Source: a virus. Taken from it: a stretch of DNA of 64,000 bases. The number at the start of each line of letters is the position of its first letter. Positions within the stretch are counted from its first letter, which is position 1. The position numbers were made by a program, and so were the translations under genes. Below, piece after piece: positions 1 through 10,062 of the stretch. Location: the IMG/VR virus record IMGVR_UViG_3300012931_000019, positions 18,154 to 82,153 of that record. One strand, given 5' to 3'. Under the pieces are notes generated by a model, which was not told where the DNA came from, ran no database searches, and saw only the letters and a list, made by a program, of their open reading frames with translations.

Positions 1-163
1 AACAATATTCACTGTTTTGATCTGTAAAAATGCCCTTAAACTGTATTTTTGTGTATTTAATGTCAATTGCCTTTTCAATTAGCTTTATGCGTTTATTTAC
101 TTCCTGTAATGATGATATTTCATCAATTACAAGTGTTTTCTGTGATTCAATCTTTATTTTCAT
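1..163 (-). CDS. Small hypothetical early protein (3' end outside window; not in ORF track)
   Basis: AGGAGG RBS then ATG at 163, MKIKIESQKTLVIDEISSLQEVNKRIKL..., open to position 1. Confidence 0.6.
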   Translation of the reverse strand, partial: MKIKIESQKTLVIDEISSLQEVNKRIKLIEKAIDIKYTKIQFKGIFTDQNSEYC

Positions 164-222
164 GCTGTTATAATCCTCCTTAAACCTTATGAATTGTTCA
201 TTTTATTTGCTCTGTTATATGA

Positions 223-489
223 CTACTTGATAACATGCTGATATGTTGATATATCAAAATAATGATAGTATTTATATGGTTTGCAAGCACCAAAAGCATT
301 TTTGTGTCGTGTTACCGATATACAGTAACAATCGTGTTCTTCTCCGCAAACATCAGTAATTTTAAAAGTATCTTTTAATACTTTCATTTCTGATAATCTT
401 TCACCGAAAAATTTTAGAGTATCTGCATCGAAAAAATGAGACTCTCCACCTTTATTGATTATTTTATCTTTCAATTCATAAAATTCCAT
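223..489 (-). CDS. Hypothetical phage early protein
   Basis: ORF track 223..504; GGAGG RBS favours the start at 489 (MEFYELK). Confidence 0.7.
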   Translation of the reverse strand: MEFYELKDKIINKGGESHFFDADTLKFFGERLSEMKVLKDTFKITDVCGEEHDCYCISVTRHKNAFGACKPYKYYHYFDISTYQHVIK

Positions 490-553
490 TGTAAATACCT
501 CCATATAATAATATTATTTATTCGCTGTAACAAAAGGATAAGGCTGTTATACC

Positions 554-1150
554 TTATCCCGCAATCTCCTGTAATTCATTGGCTAATTCGTATAAATCAC
601 CGTCAAATATTTTACTTAATTTGTCGGCTTGTTTCTGACATGATTTCCAAGTCTTTTCTGCTGTTCTGCTGTCTTCATCATAACCAAATTCAGAACAAAA
701 TTCTTCAAAAGAATAATCTCCGCTTATTGCATCAGATACAAAACAGTAAAAAGCATTTAATATATCATACTCTCTATTGAGAATCGGGTTATTTATACTT
801 GCCCAAAATTCAAAAGTTATACTCTGCTTTGTTTCCGTGTTGGTTACTTTAACCATATGATTATTGAAATTGTCACTGTTACAATTCCATTTTTTGTTGC
901 CTTTATAACTTGCCTTAATTTCAAACTGTTTAAATGTTGCCTTGTTTGTTTCCTGTTCTGTATGCTGTTCTTCATTGTATTTGTCAAAGATTGAAATGAT
1001 TTCTGTTATGACTTCTTCGGGAATAGGTTCAACAAGCCAAGAATGACCATATTTATAGCCGTTATCCTCATACAAATTAACAGCTTTTAATGCTTCGCAA
1101 ACTTTTGTGTAGTCATAATTATTTGTTTCATTCCGTCTCTTTAGCTTCAA
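554..1150 (-). CDS. Hypothetical phage early protein
   Basis: 198-aa ORF with phage-like composition, co-oriented with neighbours; start uncertain. Confidence 0.65.
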   Translation of the reverse strand: MKLKRRNETNNYDYTKVCEALKAVNLYEDNGYKYGHSWLVEPIPEEVITEIISIFDKYNEEQHTEQETNKATFKQFEIKASYKGNKKWNCNSDNFNNHMVKVTNTETKQSITFEFWASINNPILNREYDILNAFYCFVSDAISGDYSFEEFCSEFGYDEDSRTAEKTWKSCQKQADKLSKIFDGDLYELANELQEIAG

Positions 1151-1325
1151 TAACTTTCATATCTGTTCCGCTATAAACAATCCAGTACATAATATGTACA
1201 GCTTCATGCTTTGCGTCATCTTCATCAATTGCGTCAACAGGAATAAAAACAGTATTGTTATTGAGTTTCATTTCAACCATATATTTTTTATTCATGGTTT
1301 TAACCTCCGTTCTGTTATTACCTTA

Positions 1326-1354
1326 ATGTTATAACCAATTAAATGTACTGTCAA
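1326..1354 (-). promoter_or_regulatory. Sigma-A-type promoter with A-tract upstream motif
   Basis: Minus strand AAATAAAATTAAAAAAGTA-TTGACA-17 nt-TAACAT. Confidence 0.55.
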
Positions 1355-2411
1355 TACTTTTTTAATTTTATTTCATTAACAACCTACGCAAAACATTTTT
1401 ATGACCATTTTTGCATCTTCTGGCTTTACTTCCTGTTCTTTGCTCTTTACTTTAAAAGCAAATTTCAGAATGTTCCATGCTTCTTTTGTTTCCTTTTCTG
1501 ATTCTGTTATAAACTTTACACGATTTAATATTTCCTGTGCTGACATTGGTTTAATCCTCCTTATTACGCTATTAATTTTTTATTTTGTTCTTGTTCATGC
1601 TGTTCTATTTCCTTGTTTGCTTCACTGATCGTGTCTGTACTGGCAATAAATTTGCCGTATAGAGTTATTATAAAATGTCCGTATTCCGGTTTGATTGTAT
1701 ATGTATTTATCATTCGTTTGTTGCCTCCTAAATATTATGAGAAATAATATCCAGATAGCAAACTAGACAATAGACAAATACAATAACCTCAAATATGCCT
1801 ATCCCGTGTTGTAAATGATAAATAAAGCGATTTTTCATTCTCATTCACTCCTTTTTATTAATATGTTTTTGATTTTATTTACAAAATACTTTATAAACCG
1901 CATAACAGCCAATCTTTGACCTATCGTTATGCAGTCTAACAATATTCTATATCTAACCCTTTTTTGATTGATTAATCTTTGTATCGTCTTCTTGATACAA
2001 CATTATTTTTATTTAGATAATAATAACCGTCTGCATGATATACAATTCTTTCTCCGTCTTTACCTAAACAGATATTTTTTAATTGAAAACCTAAACTAGT
2101 GTTAACATAGGCCGTTTTAATGATATGATACATTATGTTTTTACCTCCTTTTATGCGTTGTTATACCTTTCAAATACTGGTTTGATAGGCTCTGTTATTC
2201 TAATCTATCAGAGTCTTTCCATATCTTGTAAAGTTCATTATTAAATGACCATATATCAAAACTATTGTGTAAATCAAAGTTGAATTTTTCACTTTCCCAT
2301 GTTCCCATAGCTTCAATTTTCGTTATAGTTTCAATATCATTTCTGTTAACTTCTATAATCTTTTTCATGATCTGTTAACCTCCTTTAATTTAATTCCATT
2401 AAAAATTGGTT

Positions 2412-2642
2412 TTATGCCGTCTTTCTAGTAAAATATAACATTGTATTATTACCGCCGTAACAAGTCGCTATTTTCTGTATAGGAATATTAAATTTCTTTG
2501 ATATTCCTTCTTTATGCAGATATTCGGATAATGTTATATCAATGTTATTTTGTGAATCAAGATATAAAAAACCTATATCATCCATATGTTTTTTAATACC
2601 TTCAATATCACATTCAAACATACATTTTGGTATATAATTCAT
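2412..2642 (-). CDS. Hypothetical protein
   Basis: 76-aa ORF with AAGGAGG RBS. Confidence 0.7.
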   Translation of the reverse strand: MNYIPKCMFECDIEGIKKHMDDIGFLYLDSQNNIDITLSEYLHKEGISKKFNIPIQKIATCYGGNNTMLYFTRKTA

Positions 2643-2694
2643 TTTATTTTTCCTCCTTAAAATCGGTTTAAAAACTGGTTTTCATAGGCTTTTG

Positions 2695-2964
2695 TTATAC
2701 TCTTTTATGATTAATTTTTTGAATCACTTTCAAATTATAACCAACAATATTTTCAAGTTCATTAAATAAGCTTTTATATTCTTCTGGTTTTGCTTTCTGA
2801 CAAGAGTAATAATAATCATAACCGGCTTCTGCATGCTGTCCTATATGCTCATAACATAATATATTACCTCTGTTTGCCGGTTCATATGGGAAAAATGCCG
2901 TAATTGTGTTATCTCTTTTGTCCTTCTTAAAAATGACTTCTGTTATTATTTTTCCTTTTTCCAT
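2695..2964 (-). CDS. Hypothetical phage protein
   Basis: AGGAGG RBS favours the start at 2964 (MEKGKII); FPYEP...YEHIGQH stretch. Confidence 0.7.
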   Translation of the reverse strand: MEKGKIITEVIFKKDKRDNTITAFFPYEPANRGNILCYEHIGQHAEAGYDYYYSCQKAKPEEYKSLFNELENIVGYNLKVIQKINHKRV

Positions 2965-3025
2965 TTCCTTTTTACCTCCTAAAATTTTACTTCCGAGCAA
3001 ATGTTACATTTAACGGTTCTGTTAT

Positions 3026-3418
3026 TTATTCCGCATAACGTTTTGTTTTGTCTGTTTCTCCATATACAATGGAATCATAAACACGGTTTAAAGCTTGATA
3101 TTCTGGATTGTTATATAAATAATTGTCAATTTCATTCTGATAAATAAAACCGTGTTTTGTTTCTGCATCTTCACAAATTGCATTGATTTTATTTTCTAAA
3201 TTTTGTGCTATTTCCTGTATGATTTTATGTTCTTCAAAGTCAGTCATATTATGGATATTAGGAAAAGATATTTCTTTTATTTCATGCGTTTCATGATTGG
3301 TCATTCTGAATTTACTTTCTCCTAAATATTCAACAATAGAATTTTGAAAATCTTCTTCTGAAAAAGTATATTCTTTCTTAAACCATGCCGATATTTTATT
3401 GATTAATTCTTGATTCAT
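3026..3418 (-). CDS. Hypothetical protein
   Basis: 130-aa ORF, AGGAGG RBS. Confidence 0.7.
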   Translation of the reverse strand: MNQELINKISAWFKKEYTFSEEDFQNSIVEYLGESKFRMTNHETHEIKEISFPNIHNMTDFEEHKIIQEIAQNLENKINAICEDAETKHGFIYQNEIDNYLYNNPEYQALNRVYDSIVYGETDKTKRYAE

Positions 3419-3470
3419 TTTTGTTAACCTCCTTTATTGGATATGAAATTATTGTTTGATTGGTTCGTTG

Positions 3471-3674
3471 TTATGCTTGCATCACTATAAAGTCACTCAT
3501 TATAGTATAATTATCTGTGTATCTAATTTCACTCATATAAGCGTCTTCTGTCTTATATTTTGCCTTTTTATCAAGCGTATCAATAAATTGCTTACTTGCT
3601 TTTGATATGCAAGTGGCTTTAATTGTGGCTACTTTTGTTCCTCCCGATCTGTAAACGTTATATGTTTTTAGCAT
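3471..3674 (-). CDS. Hypothetical protein
   Basis: 67-aa ORF, AGGAGG RBS. Confidence 0.65.
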   Translation of the reverse strand: MLKTYNVYRSGGTKVATIKATCISKASKQFIDTLDKKAKYKTEDAYMSEIRYTDNYTIMSDFIVMQA

Positions 3675-3775
3675 AGCTTTTTACCTCCTGTTATATGATT
3701 ATTAGAGATATTAAAAACCTCTATAAAATGCGATATCGGTTTGATTATATCGCATTCTAACAGGTTTTTACAAGT

Positions 3776-4033
3776 CTATTCAATTTCAATTTTTACAGTG
3801 TTGATAATTTCATCGTCTTCAATGTTTGAAGTTCCTTTTGTGTCAAATACTACGATGATATTATCATTTATTTTTAAATCTGTTCTGTCTTTTAATAGCC
3901 AGCCGTTACCGTCCATTGTGGTTACTTCTACAATGTTATTTGTATTATCTGTTATTGTTCCGTTCATAAGGGCGATATTATCAGCCGGAATTGAGGTAGT
4001 AAGGAGAAAAGATACTAACAAGGCACTAATCAT
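3776..4033 (-). CDS. Small exported hypothetical protein
   Basis: GAAGGA RBS before MISALLVSFLLTTS (signal-like), followed by a beta-rich region. Confidence 0.6.
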   Translation of the reverse strand: MISALLVSFLLTTSIPADNIALMNGTITDNTNNIVEVTTMDGNGWLLKDRTDLKINDNIIVVFDTKGTSNIEDDEIINTVKIEIE

Positions 4034-4121
4034 TTTTATTCCTTCTTTCTTTTTAATTTTAGGTTTAAAACCTCTATAAACGGCATTAATCAAGCTGTTA
4101 ATCAATGCCGTTAAACAAGTT

Positions 4122-4820
4122 TTAAAATTTGTTTTCAATTTCCGCTACTGCCTTTTTGTATTCCGCTTTTGCTTTCAAATACGCTTCAATTTCCGTTTTT
4201 TCCGTGTCTGTTAATTCAATTTTTTGACCATCGCCATAAAAACAGTAGCTCCCAGCCTTGCCGTAAATTGTGCCGTTCCACTTTTTGCCGGCTAATTTTG
4301 CCGGTACTATTGGTTTTTGAATTTTAGTAATTTCCGCTTGTTTTGCGTCCTGTTTTTTAGCAATTTCCGCAAGGGCCGCCAGATCAACGGCTGTTATATG
4401 ATTTGTGATTATTGCGTTGATATTTTTAACTTGATTAATCTCATTATCAAGGCTGTTAATGTCTGTTATTTTATACCAACATTTTTTTGATCTTGTCTCA
4501 AGGATGCCTAGAAATCCGGTCATTGGCTTATCTCCCCAAGAGTAACCAAGAGTCTTAATATCGTCTTTAGCTGGCATTGTATTACCGTCAAAGTGTAAAA
4601 TTATTTTTTGTGAAAATGGCTCAACGTCGATGATTAGTGTCAATGGAGTCTCTACCTGTTTTTGTCTCTGCTCCTTTGCCCAGCATGACGGACACTGAGT
4701 ATAATTTGATACTGCCCAAGATTCCCACGAATCAGCTTCACGGCGATTTTGTTTTATTGTAGATTTTTCAAACTTTGCACCACATTCGGTACAAGTGCAA
4801 ATTACTGTTGCTTTTGCCAT
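4122..4820 (-). CDS. Zinc-ribbon hypothetical protein
   Basis: N-terminal CTECG...CPSC; AGGAGG RBS. Confidence 0.75.
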   Translation of the reverse strand: MAKATVICTCTECGAKFEKSTIKQNRREADSWESWAVSNYTQCPSCWAKEQRQKQVETPLTLIIDVEPFSQKIILHFDGNTMPAKDDIKTLGYSWGDKPMTGFLGILETRSKKCWYKITDINSLDNEINQVKNINAIITNHITAVDLAALAEIAKKQDAKQAEITKIQKPIVPAKLAGKKWNGTIYGKAGSYCFYGDGQKIELTDTEKTEIEAYLKAKAEYKKAVAEIENKF

Positions 4821-4838
4821 AATATTTTTACCTCCTTT

Positions 4839-5111
4839 TTAAATGTCCCATTCCATAAAATCGGTTAAAATTGTATCGCAACTTCCGTCAAAGACATTTA
4901 CACCGTAATCAGACGCCTTGCACATAATATAGCCTGTCAAGATGTGATAATACTTGTAATAGTCTTTTTCGCTGTTTGTATATGCATTTGCTTTTTCGGC
5001 ATTTCCGTATGTTTTAATGTCCTGTAATAACTGATTTTGGGCGTTGTTGATATGTCTTTTTAACTCTAGTGCTATATGATCATTTTTTAAGGCGTTGAGT
5101 AAGTTGTTCAT
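4839..5111 (-). CDS. Hypothetical protein
   Basis: 90-aa ORF, GGAGG RBS. Confidence 0.7.
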   Translation of the reverse strand: MNNLLNALKNDHIALELKRHINNAQNQLLQDIKTYGNAEKANAYTNSEKDYYKYYHILTGYIMCKASDYGVNVFDGSCDTILTDFMEWDI

Positions 5112-5145
5112 GTTAATACCTCCATTATATAATTCAATTTGTTAT

Positions 5146-5208
5146 AACCCTATAACGGCTTGTTATTGCCGTTATTCATCTTAATTTTCAAAGACTCGTC
5201 GGAGGGTC
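5146..5208 (-). ncRNA. Hammerhead-ribozyme-like RNA (type I topology, variant core)
   Basis: GACCCU-CCGACGA-GUCUU/AAGAU-GAA-U-AACGGC/GCCGUU-A-U-AGGGUU: three stems around a CUGANGA/GAAA-like core, intergenic just after a stop codon. Confidence 0.6.
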
Positions 5209-5209
5209 T

Positions 5210-5383
5210 TTATTCTGGCTGATAAATATGAAATGATTTTAATTTGTCGCTGATATCTTCCGCATATCCGTAAAGTACATCAGCGTCATTCATTGTAACG
5301 TCTTCTGTCTGAAGCAATTTATCAAGCGTACTTTCAAGTTCTTGACATTGTTTTAATAATTTTTCTAATTTGCGTTTTTCCAT
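5210..5383 (-). CDS. Small hypothetical coiled-coil protein
   Basis: AAGGAGG RBS favours the start at 5383 (MEKRKLE). Confidence 0.65.
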   Translation of the reverse strand: MEKRKLEKLLKQCQELESTLDKLLQTEDVTMNDADVLYGYAEDISDKLKSFHIYQPE

Positions 5384-5414
5384 TTTAAATACCTCCTTAA
5401 TGGTAATGAATTTG

Positions 5415-5669
5415 TTATTTGATTGGATATACTGCATCAAGTGCTTTTTCTGCTAATGTTGTTATGTGACTGTCATTACAATCATATTTATCATACCAGT
5501 CACAAATTTCTGAAGACTTATAAACGGCTCTTAAACAATCGTTAGCAAGTCTAATTTTAAAATTCTTATAATCTCCACTTGCTTTTAATTGTTCTGCATA
5601 TGGTACAATTTTATCAGCTATTTTATTAAATCTGTTAATCGTTTCTTGTAATTCGTTTTGTAATTTCAT
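5415..5669 (-). CDS. Hypothetical phage protein
   Basis: 84-aa ORF, GGAGG RBS. Confidence 0.7.
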   Translation of the reverse strand: MKLQNELQETINRFNKIADKIVPYAEQLKASGDYKNFKIRLANDCLRAVYKSSEICDWYDKYDCNDSHITTLAEKALDAVYPIK

Positions 5670-5779
5670 TTTTTAACCCTCCATATTAAATATATTTGAT
5701 TCCTGTCATACTTTCAAGCACTTAAATAGCACTACTTTGTTAAATAGTGCCGTGTTAAATGTTTGAGGCTGTTATATTG

Positions 5780-6094
5780 TTATTCAAAATTAAAATTGCC
5801 AATCGGGATATAAATTGTTCCATATCCGTTCATTTCTCCACTGGTTACAATATCACGCATTAACAAGTTACCAGTATATTCAGCCGTATCCATTGCAGAC
5901 TGTTTATTTGCTCCGCTGTTAATTGCTAACAATGCTCCGAAAATGATATTGGTAATTACTTTCTTTTCCTGTTCTGTTGAGTCTCTTCTATTATCGTAGC
6001 TATTGCCGTTTACCCATGTTCTGACTTCAATTGTTTCCGCTTGTTTTTCAGCGTATTCTTTCAATTCTTTTTCGGAAAAATGCTTTCTTTCCAT
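5780..6094 (-). CDS. Hypothetical protein
   Basis: AAGGAGG RBS favours the start at 6094 (MERKHFS). Confidence 0.7.
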   Translation of the reverse strand: MERKHFSEKELKEYAEKQAETIEVRTWVNGNSYDNRRDSTEQEKKVITNIIFGALLAINSGANKQSAMDTAEYTGNLLMRDIVTSGEMNGYGTIYIPIGNFNFE

Positions 6095-6221
6095 TATTAA
6101 TATCCTCCTTATAATAGCCGTTTTAGGCTTAAAATTAACGGTTTGAGCAACTTTTTCTAATCGCTTAAAAGAGTACACTATTTTGTAATGTACTCATGCT
6201 AAACGGTTATGCTATTGGCTG

Positions 6222-6512
6222 TTATAACGTTTTATTTTGCTTTAATTTGACCTGCTGTAATGGATTTAAATCAATGTACCATATTTGCAACATATCGTCT
6301 GATTCACTATCATAGTAGTATTTTAATTCTGGCATTTTCTTTTCAATCCATAATTTTTCGATATTTTCGGGATTTAAAAATTCCGCTTCATCTGATCCTT
6401 CCTCAAATATCCAGCATGATATCTGTTCTAACTCTGTTAAAATATCAAGTTGTTCCATGATATCAAGCTTTCCGCAGATACTATCAATTGTAGATGATTC
6501 TATACGTTTCAT
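6222..6512 (-). CDS. Hypothetical acidic protein, first gene of the leftward operon
   Basis: 96-aa ORF, GGAGG RBS. Confidence 0.7.
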   Translation of the reverse strand: MKRIESSTIDSICGKLDIMEQLDILTELEQISCWIFEEGSDEAEFLNPENIEKLWIEKKMPELKYYYDSESDDMLQIWYIDLNPLQQVKLKQNKTL

Positions 6513-7395
6513 TTTGTTATACCTCCATACATATTATAATATCATTTTATACTATCGTTTCAAGGCTTAAAATTAAGGTTTAAGCCCTTAAACAATAGCA
6601 CTAAACCAAGGATAAGTTATTACTTGCAGTCAACAGTTATGTACTCATAGTTGATAAAATCGCGAATCACTGGCAGATATCTATTTGATATTACTATCAG
6701 ATATTGCCGTTTAGTGATTCCCTGTATATAGCGTTTTCATGGTTAATCCTTATTTTATGGCTATTGCATTAATATGTATTTGTTTTTGATTTTATGTAAT
6801 ACTTTTTAATCCTTCCAATCCTGACATCTACAATTAATCCCTTTACCCATTTAGGCAACAGTATCATAGATATTTGTCATCGCATACCCTCTTATAGACT
6901 CCTTTGATACCAGTCTTCCCTATTCCGCACGCTTCACAGCGTTCAATTGCTAAATTACATCTATAAACTATCAGATACTCAACTATTACAATATAGTGTT
7001 AATCTTTGTATCCTTTTATATGCTTTACTTCATATTCTAGTAACTAACTTTTGACTCTAGGCTTATTCGTTATTACTCATTCACATATACACCTATCATA
7101 TATATGTTACTCATTCTCTAGCTATCGTAATACCCGGATAAGTTGCGTTAATCCCAAAATATAAGCAATATCTAATCATATAAATTGATGTTGATTTTAT
7201 GTAATTTTCAATGTTCTGTTTATGGATTTTCACCAATGGGAGACTTGGAAAACCTTACTCCTTTTTCGCCATCTTATCCCCATGCTATATCGGAGACTTG
7301 ATTCTAACGGATAAATATGTAGTTGTTTAGGCTGATTGCCTTGCTACCGGAATCGGTATATGGTCAGAATGACCGTTTTGTTTAGGCTATGCCTA

Positions 7396-7424
7396 ATTTT
7401 ATCATTGTCAATATGTATTTGCAA
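7396..7424 (-). promoter_or_regulatory. Sigma-A-type promoter for the leftward early region
   Basis: TTGCAA-17 nt-TAAAAT with an extended TG. Confidence 0.55.
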
Positions 7425-8538
7425 TACTTTTCATCAAAAATACACGTTTTATTTATAATTTTATTTGATATAATGATAAAAATTAATTATCTGATAGAGT
7501 AAATAATATATATAGTATATTTTTGATTATTATTTGATTTCAGTATACTATATGTTGTATGATTATTTTGATTGATATTCATGTATTTATTTTAGTACAA
7601 AATACATGATTGTACTGGATTGTATTTTGTAAACTATTAATGGGATAATAGTAGACAATTGCAGTTTTGTACCAATATTTTAGAGTATTAATAATCTGCA
7701 TAGGCTGAATACATTGCAATATAAGGGATTCAATGCCATTTTAATTCTAACGGGCTTTTATGACATAGGTGGATAGGTAATACCTTTGTAAATAAAATCG
7801 CTTAAATCGAATGTTTTAGGCATTGTGATTCGTATTTTATTTATGATTTTATCTGGAAATGATTGATTATGCGTGATAATTGCAACATTATTAACTATTG
7901 ATTAGTGTACGAATATTGATATTGCAATGGTTTGATGAATTAAATGTATAGAATATGTATGGTGTGAATAGATATAAATGTATATTGATTATAGAATATA
8001 GTACAATTCTTTAGTGTATGAAAGTATAGTAATATAGTAGGAATAGTATTGATTATATCATAGCATATTGGTATGGATTAATGTATAGTAAAACAGTATG
8101 AATTAATATTCTCTTTTGTATGCACAATTCAATATAATTTATATCATAGTTATTTGATATGATTTAATTCATAGTATAATAGTAGGATATAGGTTGTATC
8201 TCGGAGTTGCTGATCGAGTATTTATATCATAGTAAATTAGTATGATTAATATTAATTTAATTCATAGTATTTTGATATGAATAGTATAATATAACTATAC
8301 TTTATGCCTTATTTGTAATTTATTTCCTACTATTCCTAGTAGTTTAGTATGATATAAGTCTTCACCGCTTGGGTCCATGTTACCCGCGACCTAAAAACAC
8401 GAACAATCATTGAAATATCAACGTTTTCATTCGTAATGGTATGAAGTTCCTAGTAATTACCAATACTTACAATGATTATGCTATTCCTTATGCTATTAGT
8501 ATGCCCAAAAATGATTCAATTATGTATCAATCTCTTAT

Positions 8539-8566
8539 CTTCCACATAACTTATATTATGCGGAAC
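8539..8566 (-). other. dif-like Xer recombination site
   Basis: GTTCCGCATAA-TATAAG-TTATGTGGAAG: 11-6-11 layout with the CATAA/TTATG inner inverted repeat; 9/11 and 7/11 matches to the E. coli dif arms. Confidence 0.55.
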
Positions 8567-9088
8567 GTTTCAAGCATTGATTTTACTGCATACCCGGCGT
8601 ACTTTACAAATCCATGACAATTTTTTACAGGGAATATCTTCCTATCACTTCCATCCACACACTAGACTTAAAATTTCATTATTACATTAATTTTATAAAA
8701 TCTTTTATAAAAATCACGAACATTATTTTATAAAACTCTCTCAAAATTCATATTTTTCTTTCGTACCCTGTTTCGTAAAAACCCACTCATTCCAACTTCC
8801 CCGTAGGTTTACAATTTTCAAATTTTACATTTACATTATCTACTACTACCATATAAAATGCTATTACTTATTGATATTCCAACGTTCCCAAACCATTATT
8901 AATACTCATTCACGACACCACTTTTTAACTAATAATATTTTTCTTAAAATCTCTTATAATCGTTTAAATTTCAATATATTCTAATAAATCTTCGATATTT
9001 TACCGATAACACATTATTTTCCTACTTCCTATAAGACAGATCAAAGACAATAAAAAATAGAGATATTTCTATCTCTATTAATTCTTAT

Positions 9089-10027
9089 TTAAGATTTTAA
9101 ATTTTTAATATCCTCATTTACTTTATTTAAACTCAATTTTATTTCTTCTGAATTATCTTTTAATTGTTGCGCGTGGATTAAATTTTTTTGTTTTTTCAAT
9201 TCAATAATCTTCAAACCATTATTTATATATTTAAAGATAATATGTTCTTCTTCGTTCTTTGGATTGGATGTATTCAATATTTTATAATATCTCTTTTTAG
9301 GAATACCTCTTACAGTCATATTGATTAATTTCAAATCAGATAATCTTTTAATTGCAGTTGTCTGTGCACCTTCTTGTAATCCACATGAAAGTTCTAGATC
9401 ATTAATAGTACAAGAAAACTCTTCATATTGTTTATTTGAATTAGTTTGATACCAATGCCATTTATTTATTAATTCACAATAGATTATTGTTTCATTTAAT
9501 CCCAATGAATGAATTAATGGTTTTTTCAACATAATATACCCACCAGTTTCAAAATCTATATCTAATAAAATATCTCTAATGTATTCTGCATTAAATTCTT
9601 CATGTTTTATATATTTTCCATCATGATCCTGAATGTTATAAATAACTTTTTCTAACATTTCTATATGATTTTTATCGATAATATTTTGATTGAATATACC
9701 TTTTCTGCCTTCCAGCATTTCATACAAAGTATATTCAATATTATATCCACTATTAATACTGTCATATTCTTTTATGTATTTATCTTCATATACTAATAAA
9801 ATTAAATGATTTAAAGAATGTCTAAAATTATTTTTGAGTTCTTCTATTATTTCAAAATCAAAGTTTTCTTCTCCATATTCATTCCAATCATCCTGCAATT
9901 TATATGAATGATGATTACTACTGTTTAAATCGTTTTTATGCTCTTGCCATCTTCTCTCAATATTTAAACTTTCTCCTATGTAAACTTTATTATTGATGTT
10001 ATTCGTAATTTTATAAATTCCTTGCAT
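9089..10027 (-). CDS. GIY-YIG endonuclease domain fused to a replication-initiator-like winged-helix domain
   Basis: N-terminal GIYKITN...VYIGES...RRWQEH; C-terminal LGLNETIIYCEL...TAIKRLSDLKLI...RGIPKKRYY. Confidence 0.75.
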   Translation of the reverse strand: MQGIYKITNNINNKVYIGESLNIERRWQEHKNDLNSSNHHSYKLQDDWNEYGEENFDFEIIEELKNNFRHSLNHLILLVYEDKYIKEYDSINSGYNIEYTLYEMLEGRKGIFNQNIIDKNHIEMLEKVIYNIQDHDGKYIKHEEFNAEYIRDILLDIDFETGGYIMLKKPLIHSLGLNETIIYCELINKWHWYQTNSNKQYEEFSCTINDLELSCGLQEGAQTTAIKRLSDLKLINMTVRGIPKKRYYKILNTSNPKNEEEHIIFKYINNGLKIIELKKQKNLIHAQQLKDNSEEIKLSLNKVNEDIKNLKS

Positions 10028-10062
10028 CTATATTCTCCTTATTTGTTTTTAATTTTACTTCA

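Noticed and set aside
436-6460. Plus-strand ORFs 436..780, 1401..1628, 3741..4079 and 6260..6460
   Set aside because: They run against the leftward early operon, mostly as antisense shadows of RBS-supported minus-strand genes, and have no RBS of their own
7450-8350. CRISPR array or regular tandem repeat in the AT-rich region
   Set aside because: Repeats occur only in pairs with irregular spacing; no cas genes; the TnpBs are IS-type, not Cas12 with an array
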